A stretch of DNA of 63,493 nucleotides, the filler included, from Licmophora abbreviata (taxonomy: Eukaryota): NCBI GenBank assembly GCA_900291995.1. It is 7 parts of 7 records of this genome, joined end to end, with 100 filler letters (N's around TTAATTAATTAA, not from the genome) between each part and the next. Parts side by side here need not be neighbours in the genome. Positions count along the whole stretch, not along the records: positions 42,724 to 57,535 come from OLMU01000476.1; positions 57,636 to 59,630 come from OLMU01000477.1; 5 more parts are not named here. One strand, given 5' to 3'. The translations under genes were made by a program, and so were the position numbers. The notes below the pieces were generated by a model. The model was not told the origin of the DNA. It saw only the letters and a list, made by a program, of their open reading frames with translations, and did not search any database. Every line of letters begins with the position of its first letter. The stretch's first letter is position 1. Positions 47,689-58,368 of the stretch are shown in pieces.

Positions 47689-49248
47689 TTACACCATTTT
47701 CATATGGGCCTTCTGCTGTAGACCCTCTTCTGCTGGAACAGTTACTTTCAATATCCTGTATGCGCACTCCGGGATGGCGTAGATCATGTTGTCGTTACCA
47801 ATGAATCCACCTTGCCATTTGTCTTTCCGAACCGGAAGATTGCCCAGAAGCTGGATATCCTTTTCCTCCAAAGACGGACGAGTATCCATCCGCAGTACCT
47901 TTCTGCCATTCGCAGGGATAGCGTACACACAACCGTCTCTAGCCAAAACTCCTCCCTGCCACTTGTTCTTTTCTCCTCCGACGTAGCCAAAGGTGAAACA
48001 GTGGTCAGTTTCCACGTGAACGCATAAGATAGAGCTCGCATCGCTGGGCATGGCGTACACATTCCCGTCGGCACCAACCGCGCCACCTAGCCACTTGTAG
48101 GTTTGAACCTTGTCAAGGTCATCTGCAGCACGATGAATTGGCAGCAAAGTGCAGTTCTCTCCCTTGCTTGCAGGCGTCGTGTCAATCTTCAGTAGCGTGT
48201 TTGCATGGCAAGGGAACGCATAGATACAACCGTTCACTATTGCACCACCGTGCCAGTTGTACCGCGTGCACCCATAGTCCGGACCGACCAGAGTTGCCGT
48301 GTCGTTTTCACACGAAATACGCAAGACACTACATGCAGCATAACAAACACCATACACGGCATTGTCAGCACCCAAAATCCCACCGTACCACTTGTTGGTA
48401 CAGTCGATCCGCATGTTGGGGTACTTGTCTGTTGGAATGTCAACGTCGATAAATGATGTCGAGAACGTCGTCAGATCGACCTTGAGAACCTTCTGAGCAT
48501 TAGAAGGAATACAGTAGATCGCAGTCTTCTCAGCATTCAGCGCCGCTCCATGCCACTGCCAAGGACGCCCCGGAAGGTGTTCGTCGGGTAACGGAAGTAA
48601 TCGTACAATTTCACCGGTTGCTGGTCTTCGATTCCAATAAGCATCAATATCGACTTGCAACACGGCATCGTAATTCGCTGGAATACCATACAGATACCCA
48701 TCGGCCAAAATGCCTCGCAGCCACTTGAACTTGCCGCCTCCATTGGCCGCTATAGGTGGCAGGGGGATGGTGTGTGGGGTATACTCTCCCGTCACAGGAT
48801 CGGGACTCAAGCAAAAGACCGAGGGAGCATGCGACGGTATGCCATAGATACTGCCATCGCGATCATCTCTAGCACCCCCTAGATAGCTGTGCCGTCCCGG
48901 AAACATGGCCCCAAAGTCTGCTTCCCGTTGCCCCTCTTCCTCGTCGTTGCACCACTCCTTGGCCGTTTCAACTGTGATTCGCCGCATAGGAATCTTATGG
49001 TACCATGGATCGACAATGGCATCGAGTAGCCGCTCTCCTTCTTCTTCCCATTCTTCCTTAGCAGTAGCGACTGCTGTCGTGCTCGGCGAAGCCGAAACCT
49101 GCAGCGATGACATGCGTCGAGGATGTTTCGAATGACCAAAGCGAGGACTGCCCCGTCCCAGAGGTGACTCGAGACTTGCGGCTAAGAAGGCAAATGCTTT
49201 AGCGCCGTGTAACGTGATAAACAGAACCAAAACCCCCCAAGGAAGCAT
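47689..49248 (-). CDS. Plastid-targeted beta-propeller repeat protein (8 x W.GG.L..DG..Y.IP repeats)
   Basis: Signal AKA-F plus Ser/Arg-rich transit; eight roughly 45-60-aa repeats, e.g. KWQGGVLARDGCVYAIPANGRKVLRMD. Confidence 0.8.
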   Translation of the reverse strand: MLPWGVLVLFITLHGAKAFAFLAASLESPLGRGSPRFGHSKHPRRMSSLQVSASPSTTAVATAKEEWEEEGERLLDAIVDPWYHKIPMRRITVETAKEWCNDEEEGQREADFGAMFPGRHSYLGGARDDRDGSIYGIPSHAPSVFCLSPDPVTGEYTPHTIPLPPIAANGGGKFKWLRGILADGYLYGIPANYDAVLQVDIDAYWNRRPATGEIVRLLPLPDEHLPGRPWQWHGAALNAEKTAIYCIPSNAQKVLKVDLTTFSTSFIDVDIPTDKYPNMRIDCTNKWYGGILGADNAVYGVCYAACSVLRISCENDTATLVGPDYGCTRYNWHGGAIVNGCIYAFPCHANTLLKIDTTPASKGENCTLLPIHRAADDLDKVQTYKWLGGAVGADGNVYAMPSDASSILCVHVETDHCFTFGYVGGEKNKWQGGVLARDGCVYAIPANGRKVLRMDTRPSLEEKDIQLLGNLPVRKDKWQGGFIGNDNMIYAIPECAYRILKVTVPAEEGLQQKAHMKMV

Positions 49249-49710
49249 TCAATCCTCAAAACTACGTCTGCCTTATCGGTCAGTTGACACTGTCAGTCAA
49301 AGCGCACGTCGCTTATCCACATCTCGACCTTACAAGATCGCATGAGTGCTGCCATGCTGGCAACGCGGCGTTTTTGGTTTTTGGAGTTTTCTGAAATCGG
49401 AAAATGGGTGGCCATCAGTAGACGGCGTCAAAGACGTTGAGCTAGAAATATCATGACATTTCAATTACGTGTGAGTCGTGAATAGGTTTTATACCATCAA
49501 AATTTGAATTTCTCGTCCGACGTCGACGCGTCGACGTCGCCCTAACAAGAGACACAAAACGAACGCAATGGGAAATTGAATCCACCCCAGCCGTCGACAC
49601 TCTTCGCAACAGTTCGCTCGGCTAGAACAGAGCTTCTACACACGTTTGATCCAATTGACAAAAACTCATTGAAAAGAGCGAACCGAAGTTATCATTGAAG
49701 GAAGAGCAAA

Positions 49711-51671
49711 ATGGGAAGTCCACAAAAGGAAAAATCACGGCGGCGGCCGCGATTCCGAATCGTACGGGGTCGGCGGCGGCAACAAAATGCGCTTCATCGA
49801 TCTGCATCGCTCCACAATGTTCAGGAGGAGCCTCATGACAGTCCAATTACATTTTCGTCGGTGCACAGGAGCCTTTCGCTTAGTCCGTCCGACAGTCTGA
49901 GAGAAATAGACGAGTTTGATTGCGATGATCACAGCAGCACTTCGACCTTTGTCGAGAGCGAAGACAGTGCGTCGCTGGCTGCTGGAATAGATCCGATGGA
50001 AGACCTGGAAGGGATGGCGGAAGAACTTCATCAGGAAGCCGACGACCCATTGCATTTTCACGAAGCGGTCGAACTCTGGAGTGAGTGTATTGGAGTGCAG
50101 CTTGCAATGTTTTAGAACACTGCGTCTTGATGTTCCGTAGACCTCACTGGTGCCCCTTGTTGTCTGTCTTTCATGACACAGTGAGTGACGCTCAGGCCCT
50201 TGCTCAGTCCAAAGAACTGACTTCCTTTGTCGCCTCCGGCACCATGGTGTTGGGGCAGGCCTCCCATATGGCTCTTCATGTTGCCATGCTGCCAATGAGC
50301 GTGCCAATGAATGTTCTATCGCACACGTCTTCGCTTGTCTGTCATGCTCTAGTCACGACTACCACCGCTGTTGACCACGCATTGTCTACTGTCAATGACT
50401 CTGGCAATCCGATCGACGCTGTTGTACAAACTATTTCTTGTGTGGCGCCGCTAGCCTTGCAAGTAGTGAGCCAGATCAAGGACGAACTTGGATCGACACT
50501 TCTTGGACTTCTCACTGCCCCCATGACTTTGCTCGAAGACGGCCCTCGTCTTGGGTCCGCTCAGGGTAGTATTAGCAGCAGGGAGGTGACATCCAACGAC
50601 AAGAGTCCGTCGGAATTTCTCGATCGCCTCCGATTAGACTATCACACCGAGGAATCCGAAGGGGATCTCAACGATGATGACTCCCTGCCGTCTCCGGAAG
50701 AAGATGAACGCCCCGAACACAACGCGTCTCCACGAACGTCGCCGCGATCGTCGGATGTTAGCAAGTTCATTCTTCGCGTTTGTGACCTCGGTCTCTCCGC
50801 TGAGGATAGTCACGGAAGGAATCGATCCCTGCACTGTATTGATCTCAACACCGAGTTTGCCGTCCCTGAGCTAACACGTCAAGCTCTGGATGAACTCGTC
50901 GCAAGGGGACTTGCACTGATCTGCACCAACTCTGTAACGCGTATCGGTAACAGCACGTCGCCTGGTCTGGCTATCGACTGGAAGCCAGAGAATGGCACGG
51001 AACGGCACCTCAAGAAGAGGGCTACGCTCAAGTCGAACGATTGGATCGCTCGCTTGGGCAAGAACGTTCTCGTGTGGAGCGGCAAGTTTCGGGACCGCCA
51101 TGCTTTCCCTCACGGCGATGTACCTCTCTTTCTTTCTCGAGGAATTCTTCCCATGACTCCCAAGGAACTACTGAGTCTCTTTTGGGATAATGAGTGTTGC
51201 CACAAGTACAACAAGTACTGCTCTGGGCGCACTAGTTTGATGACACTCGAAGACGACCTTGACAAGAACGTTCGAGCACGCGGTACCAAGGTTGTTCGAG
51301 CTGAAACACAAGTTCCCTTTACGGGCTTGAGCGTTACCATGTCAACGCTTATGCATGCATGTAAGGTCGACACGGCGGAGGGTCCATGTTACATGATTCT
51401 CAGTCGCAATGTGCATCCTGGCAAGGCCGGACTCCACTACGGCGGTCATCACCATCACACGAGCAACAAGAAGAAGATTCACTCCAAGTCACTCAGCAAG
51501 AACGAACTCTTGTGGGGTGTCAATGTCATTCGGAGTGTGCCAAATCATCCTAACTTGTCCGAATTGACCGCCTGCTCTCAAATCAAAAGTGGATTGGTAC
51601 CGCCGTTTTTGACACACCGTGTCGGTGTGATGGCGGTCGACAATTGCTTTAATGCGCTCCGAGAGTTGTAA
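49711..51671 (+). CDS. START-like (lipid-binding) domain protein; intron 50081..50181 fuses two ORFs
   Basis: GTGAGT...ACAG intron gives ELW+M+SDAQ in frame; C-terminal VLVWSG..LSRGILPMTPKELLSLFWD..YNKY..TKVV..LWGVNVIRSVP..GLVPPFL is START/SRPBCC-like. Confidence 0.72.
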
Positions 51672-51998
51672 TAGAGAGTGAAGCGTTAACCATACATCTA
51701 GACCTATTTGATCTTTTACGACTTTACGTGAGAAGTCAATAGCTTGTCGTATCTTGTAGATCGACCTAACTTGAAGTTGTTACTCCCGGGTGATATTGAG
51801 TGACGTGTTTTTTAGTTTTGGCGCCAAACCTCATGGCGCCGGATTCCTCGGTCATGTGCGAGATGATGATTCACTCGTCCTTGACACCTCTATGCACCTG
51901 GCTGTTGCACTGCGCTGTCACAACCGTCACTGGGGCTACCTAGCTCACTCCTTTACTCCATTTGAATAATACTTACTCATAAGAGTCGAGAGAGCATC

Positions 51999-53036
51999 AT
52001 GTATAGTATAGCGTTGACTTTCGCATTGGTCTTGCTTGCCCCGGATGCAGCGCAGTCGTTCGCGCCTCAGCTTCCTGTCGCACGCTCGCCGCACATCACA
52101 GCGGAGTCCATGTCTCTGGTCAAGACACCCCTCTATAGTAGTCGTGAAGATGATACGATTGATCAGGCCGTACAGAGCAAGAAAGTAACGACTGGTCTCG
52201 AGGCGGGTGTCAAGTCGAAACTTCTAGCAGAGAGTATCGCGCCCTGGCGGACGGTACGATTGTTCCTTTACGGATCGTTGGGTTCTGGCGCTCTGGTGGG
52301 TGGTCTCATTACATTGACGGGCGTAGCGGCAGGACTGAGTGGTGCTCGAAGTGATATGGACATGTCAACGGAGGCGTTGAACCTGGCCATCGATTTTGGG
52401 GCAGTGGCAGTGTTTGCAGCACTTGCCAAGTTCGATCTCGACAAACAGGCGGAGCTTGCGGACAATGTCGACAAGAAGATCGAAAGCAAGAAAGAACAGC
52501 AAGTTGTAGTCAAACAGATGCGGGCACGAGAAAAGAAACTGGCAGATCTTTTGATGGAAATTCAGGTGGCGACTGATGGTACGACACAGAAGGCGTCGGT
52601 AGCAGCGATTCAAGGAGGTGCAAAGCAACACATGATTATCGTTGCGGGACCTAAGAAAGCTTGTAAAGATGCATTGATTGGTGCCAATTTGCTGAAGATG
52701 GACTTTGCCATGAGCAATGTGTTGGTCGTTCCGTATGAGACGGACACCGACCTGGCAGAGATGAAGGCTCGACCGAGCGGTGGCTTTGGCGATCGCCCAT
52801 CCTATGAAACGCAGCCATATGTAGCATCGGTCGTCGGTGACGGGTGGGACGAGTATATTGAGGCTGAAATGGAGGATGCAGTCAAGCAGAATGGGGAAAG
52901 TGCAAGAAAGGAGGGAATTGCTATTGTGATTGCGAACGACGGCACTGTGATTCGCCGTGGTGTTGGCACTGTGCCATGGAGACAGATGGTGGAACAGCTG
53001 GACGAGTCTGTGGACCCGACAAAACAATCAAGCTAA
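51999..53036 (+). CDS. LPA1-like (DUF3493) PSII assembly factor, plastid
   Basis: AQS-FAP presequence; KLLAESIAPWRTVRLFLYGSLGSGALVG and NLAIDFGAVAVF TMs; C-terminal DGTVIRRGVGTVPW. Confidence 0.8.
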   Translation: MYSIALTFALVLLAPDAAQSFAPQLPVARSPHITAESMSLVKTPLYSSREDDTIDQAVQSKKVTTGLEAGVKSKLLAESIAPWRTVRLFLYGSLGSGALVGGLITLTGVAAGLSGARSDMDMSTEALNLAIDFGAVAVFAALAKFDLDKQAELADNVDKKIESKKEQQVVVKQMRAREKKLADLLMEIQVATDGTTQKASVAAIQGGAKQHMIIVAGPKKACKDALIGANLLKMDFAMSNVLVVPYETDTDLAEMKARPSGGFGDRPSYETQPYVASVVGDGWDEYIEAEMEDAVKQNGESARKEGIAIVIANDGTVIRRGVGTVPWRQMVEQLDESVDPTKQSS

Positions 53037-54056
53037 AGTCATGTTAAATTACCTCGTAACGCAGAAGAGCATCATGTTTACATGCATCTGTTGTCGGCAA
53101 CAGCATTTCAAAGCGCGCGTTAGAATACATACAGCAGAGTAAGTAGAGAGCGGATGTGTCGCTCAACAACGCTCCCAGAGATCTCGTATTGGCATAGCGC
53201 GACCTCTCCCTTTTGAGCCTGAGCATCCCACTAACGAAGTCGTGCTTTGTCAGCAGTCAAATCGAGCAGGTCGTTTCGTCTCGCACGCTTCGGAAAACTT
53301 TCTACCCACGAAGAAAGGGCGAAGGCCTAGTAATGGTGCAGTTTCGACAAGCCACACTAGAAGATACGTACCATTGGTTTTTCCTCCATCCAAAGCTTGT
53401 ATTACTGGTCCTCAAGCGGATATCTCCTCACTTCACTCTGTCATCCGACCAGTATTTTCGGCTGGAATGAATCACCAATTTGGAACGGTCCATATTTGAA
53501 AGCGCTCGACAGTATCCCGTCAATGGAGGAGCAATCTTCGTAGTTCCTTCCTATTTCAGATGTTCTTCGCCAGATTTTCCTCGACGTTCCAATTTATTGC
53601 GGTCTTGGGAAAGTCGACGCGATATGCCATCATCCGGCGCGCTGAGGTTGACACCGCGGTGTGTGAAGGGAAACGACACGATCAGGGAGAACGACCGCCT
53701 TTCCGTGATAGTTTATTTTCGTTTCGCAATCATCACAAGAGATCAAACGTAAAATGGAGGAAACGCCCGAGTCGATCACTAGCGGTGATGGACTTGACAG
53801 ACAGGTGCGACCGTAACATCGCCATGGTCGCTCTGCGCAGGTTCACTGTCTGGCTGAAGCATCGCCGGCTAGTGTTCCGGGTCTTTTGGATCTTTTCTAG
53901 TCGAACTTGTCAAAGATACAATCTCTGTCCGTCTCCCGAGTTCAACTTGTCACTCCGATCTTCGCGCATGAAGAACGCACGACGCGCGAAGCTCCTGATG
54001 GCCACTGTGTCATTGATCATTGAGGACCACACAATATCTTTGTGGGCGCCATCACG

Positions 54057-55797
54057 ATGAGCGACGACGAAAGTGTGCCCGGGGAAGAAGGAGAGGAGGT
54101 CACAGACCTCTCCAACAGGTAAGAAGAGGTATTTCGATGTGGGCATGACCTCGGGTCTGGTGGATTTGATGGTCGTTTCATTTTCTCAACTGTTTTTCTC
54201 AATCGACTCGATGCGAAGTGACGTCTGTACCAAGTACCAAGAAGCGGCCAAAATTGTGAACTTGGCCCTGTCTGGATTGGTCACACAATGCATTCCAGGT
54301 GCCAAGATTGTTGACTTGTGTCAGGTAAGCGACAATGGGCGTCTGTGATAACTACAGAATGGGATCGCGACACATGCCTCTCACGCCGAGTTCTTCTCAT
54401 TCCAAACACCAGTTTGGTCAAACCGTGATAGAGACGCAAGTCTCCAAGTTGTATACCAAGAAGGTCGACGGAGCTGCTGTTGAAAGGGGGGTCGCTTTTC
54501 CTGTTTGCATCAGTGTCAATGATATTGTTTGCAATCACTCACCTCTTTCCAGCGAAGAACTGGTACGTGGCTCCTGAGTTTTCTGTGCGAGATTCGGAGG
54601 GTGCCCTGTAGTGATCGTTTTCAAGTGGACCACGATCGCGCGTCATGTATCGTGACTCGCTATGACCGGTACGCAGATCCATCAGTCATACTGCAGGAAG
54701 ACGAATGGGAAGGTGCTGGTTGATCGCCTATTGACTAGGTTGATCCTGGTACCTGCTGGTCCTTGTGCTTTGCATGTCTTTTTTCCTGTATCGGTGTGGC
54801 AACACCCGAACAACAAGACCCTCTGTTTTCACGGTCGCATGAAAGCTGTGCGCACGAACTGAACCCTACATATCTCTTGCCTTGCGATCCTTGCACTCAC
54901 CTTAACGCCCCTTAATAATATTGCTCATTTCGATAGGCTCCGCTGGAACTTGGTGACATTGTGAAGATGGATTTGGGATGCCATATCGACGGATACATTG
55001 CCGTTGCGGCACACACGATTGTCGTTGGCGCCGAAGCCGATGTTGACGACGAACTCGGTAACGTTGCCGTGGCAGCGTACAATGCCATGCTGGTCGCGGC
55101 GGATGCCATCAAAGCCGGTGCATCCAACAACTCTGTTACAAAGGCAGTGGAGCGTGTTGCCAGGGCTTATGACGTCAAGCCCATCTCGACGGTTCGCATG
55201 CATCAAATGAAACGATATGTCATGGATGGAGTGAAGGAAGTTGCACTCAGAGAGCCTAGTCCAGATGAGTTGGAAGGGGGCGACGAGAAAGTTCCCGAAT
55301 GTTCGTTTGAACAGGCCGAAGTGTACGCCGTGGACGTGGCCTTGAGTACAGGTGACGGCAAAGCCAGGCAGAGCGAGTTGCGATGCACTGTGTACAAGAG
55401 AAATGTCGAGGCCAACTACCGTCTCAAGATGAAGGCGTCGCGCTACGTCCTGTCGGAGGTTGATAAGAAGTTCCCTACTTTCCCATTCACTCTCCGTCAC
55501 TTCGACGACGAGAAGCAAGCCAAGATGGGAATCACCGAATGCACTACCCATGGTTTGGTGACGCAATACCCGTCGCTTGCCGAGAAATCTGGCAAGGTTG
55601 CTCATTTCAAGTGCACTGTCTTGATCCTTCCTTCCGGAACGTCCCGTGTCACTGGACTAGATTTGCCAGAATACTTCAAGACTGCCAAGGAGGCAGACGA
55701 GGAGACGAAAGCCGTATTGACAGGCATTGCGGAACGAGAGGCGAAGAAGGCTGCCAAGAAGGCCGCCAAAAAGAAGAAAAAGAAGGCTAGTAGTTAA
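54057..55797 (+). CDS. PA2G4: Proliferation-associated 2G4/EBP1 (inactive MetAP2 fold, ribosome-associated); introns 54119..54218, 54325..54412, 54563..54936
   Basis: DLSNSDVCTKYQEAAKIVN, RGVAFPVCISVN, KMDLGCHIDGYIA, YRLKMKASR, FPTFPFTLR, VAHFKCTVLILPSG, Lys-rich tail. Confidence 0.93.
54596..54873 (+). ncRNA. Candidate intronic structured RNA (H/ACA-like)
   Basis: Several helices, ANANNA boxes at 54699 and 54810, ACA at 54868 and a GCAA-capped hairpin inside an unusually long intron; not matched to a known family. Confidence 0.45.
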
Positions 55798-56305
55798 AGA
55801 GGGGTAACGCTCTCTCTACTAGAGGGATTAGTTGTAAGGTCGGAAAGAGAAAGTCTGTGCGCGTCTCGCCTATTGAGGCCTATCAAAGACTACTGTTAGC
55901 TTCGCTATCGTTTCTGCCCTGAGGGAAGCCCAAGCTCCACAAGATTCCAGGCATGATTCTCGGCGCATCGTTAACCATTCTATACCCCGTGAGAGACAGT
56001 GCACTTCAGGTCGAGAACGGTCCGCAATTGTAAAGACTCCTGAAGGCATCCCAGGTACGATAAAACAAGAGTACTTGGTAACTTATGTTACACGAACGCA
56101 ACGCAGCAATCAAAATTCGGCGGCACAGTACAGCGCAGCGCGCGTTATCATGACAAAACAGACACGCACACAGCAATCCCTGATATCATCATCATCGCGT
56201 CGCACAGGACGACGTTGTGTCTCTGATGCATGCTGCCGCCGACCATTTCTCAATAGTATTGGCGTTGACTTGGTCCTGCACAAACAATCCTGATCACAAT
56301 AAAAA

Positions 56306-57839
56306 ATGAAGCGCGCTAGAGTCAAAATTGAACCGGAGGAACCTGAGGTCGAAATTCAGGCCGCCGCCGCCACCACCGCTCTCAACCGACAACAACAAGA
56401 GCCGACACAACCTGACGCTGATAGCAAACGAGCTGCCGCTCCAATCCCGGAATCTGCGATCAACGAGGCAGCTTTACTTGAAATTCCTTCCGGCAAAGTT
56501 CCTCATTTGCTCTTTGAGGCTGGGTGTGTTGTGTTGCACGTGGCCCCGTCAACGCCTCCTGCCGTCGTTCTGGGGACCGTCACGTCTATTTGGGTAGACT
56601 TGAGTGGCGACTTGTCGAAGAAATTTGTGTACCGTATCAAGTCGGGCGACAAAGATTTGTTTGCTAGAGAATCCGAGCTACGATGGGCGCCTTCCTGTCC
56701 GGTGTGGGCACGTTCAGGCCCTGTCTCGCAAGACGAGTTCAGCATACCTGCCATTGTCCTGAGCAGCTATGAGACCCCATCGACAGCAACAGTACACTAC
56801 TCACTTCAGGAAATCGGGGGAAAGTCTCGTATCTTCCATGGACTTATGCCTCAAGATGTCCGATTCCGAGCTGACGAAGCTCCTGTGGCGCAGCTGACTT
56901 TCATGGCCCCATTTCAAGCCAAAAGAGCACGGCTAGAAGGGACATCCGAAGGATCTGGTTCAGCAACGGAATCAGATCACCGGAAGGAAGGCTGGGCACC
57001 TGATACTGATGAAGTATCACCTCATGGGGACGAGCAATGTTCTGAATCAAGTAGGCGGTGCGCCCAGACCGTTCGCGAGATACGCTTGCCGTTCATGGTA
57101 GACGACCGCAAAATTGCTGGTAAGTGGGAACTTGTCGTCGGTATTAATTTCGAGTATGTTTACCTCATCTGCTCCGTGGTAATCTTTTTCGTAGCCAAAA
57201 TTTCATCTTCGGAGAAACAGAAGAGCCTTCAGAAGTCGCTCCGCTGCAACGTCTCCTTGCGAACGTCTGAAGATGGTGGAAGAGCGAGCATCGTTGTCAA
57301 GGGGCACGGCAAGTACATCGACGATGCAGTCGAGGCTATCGAAAACAGTGTAGTGTACATAGCGAAGGAGCAAGATCGCGGCAGACTACTGTACCACCTT
57401 GCTCAGGCAAACGAAAGAGTTGCGCCGCACAAAGCCGTTTTCCAACGAGTCCCATGGGCCATGAAGTCGAAGATGTGGATCAATGTCTATTATTTTCCCA
57501 AGCACTTTAACAGGCATACTATGGATCGATTTCTTNNNNNNNNNNNNNNNNNNNNNNNNNNNNNNNNNNNNNNNNNNNNTTAATTAATTAANNNNNNNNN
57601 NNNNNNNNNNNNNNNNNNNNNNNNNNNNNNNNNNNTTTAACAGGCATACTATGGATCGATTTCTTGGGAAAGCACATGCCGGACTGGTGACTCTCCGGAC
57701 AAGCACACGCTGCAACATCGTACTTGGCGTGGAGGGGGCAACTCGTTCCCATCTCTTTATCGTGGGATCAAACGAGCAGAATGTAAATGACTCGATATTC
57801 TCAATCCGCGAACGCTGGGCATGGGCAAGAGGACACTAA
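56306..57839 (+). CDS. Putative tandem Tudor/SH3-like + KH-domain protein (paralog 1); intron 57120..57194; spans a false gap
   Basis: Aligns with 58369..60095. KH-like REIRLP..QKSLQKSLRCNVSL..IVVKG..IDDAVEAI and RFLGKAHAGLVTLRTSTRCNIVL..LFIVGSNEQNV. Confidence 0.7.
57536..57635. other. Artificial scaffold gap with overlapping contig ends
   Basis: The 30 nt before the gap (57506..57535) are repeated after it (57636..57665). Confidence 0.95.
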
Positions 57840-58368
57840 AGTAAGGTGGTCTCGTTCTTCTCTTTTCAGAAGCTGGTGAAAGGTTTATAGCTTGCACTGC
57901 AATTCAGAGGTAGGATGCATCTACTTTGTAGCTATGATCTCACAGGGCGTTTAGCGTTGCTACTACTAGGACCAGTTCCAACGAACCCTTCGCAAAATAA
58001 CTCTCGCACCAATGGATACGGTGTCAAAATGTTGCAAATTATTAGTATGGCTGGTCTAATATGAAACCTCCATCAGTTTACCAGCATTCAGGTAGACTCC
58101 CTCTCCGAGTGATGAATGATGCTTTGAGTAGACTCTACTCCACCTGTTATGCCGTATCTACCGGCGGAGGAAGAAACATCTCATCATCATCCACGCGTTT
58201 TGCGCGCGACGCTAAAAAAATGAGACACGCTCGAAAAGAGAGCCGCTGTGGTGTGTGTTCGTTGTTGCAGACGTGCGACGCAAACAAAGATAAAACGCAC
58301 GAAAGCGAATTAGCTTGACGAACCACTACACTGGAAGCAGATCTGAGGGTCTGTCGACGATCATCGTG

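Noticed and set aside
51817..51828. E2F-like palindrome TTTGGCGCCAAA upstream of LPA1-like
   Set aside because: Short motif with no cell-cycle context for the downstream gene; may be chance.
53560..54060. 166-aa ORF upstream of PA2G4
   Set aside because: Arg/Ser-rich random-like composition and no recognisable motif.
54859..54870. CTGAACCCTACA as a telomerase RNA template
   Set aside because: Does not give about 1.5 copies of a CCCTAA repeat.
54585..54872. Group II intron-like ends (GTGCG at 54585; AACCCTAC/AT near 54862-54872) within the PA2G4 intron
   Set aside because: No convincing domain V with AGC triad and no local domain VI partner strand; too short.
57506..57665. 30-bp direct repeat flanking a gap (TSD-like)
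   Set aside because: Overlap of contig ends; merging them restores a continuous CDS (HFNRHTMDRFLGKAH).
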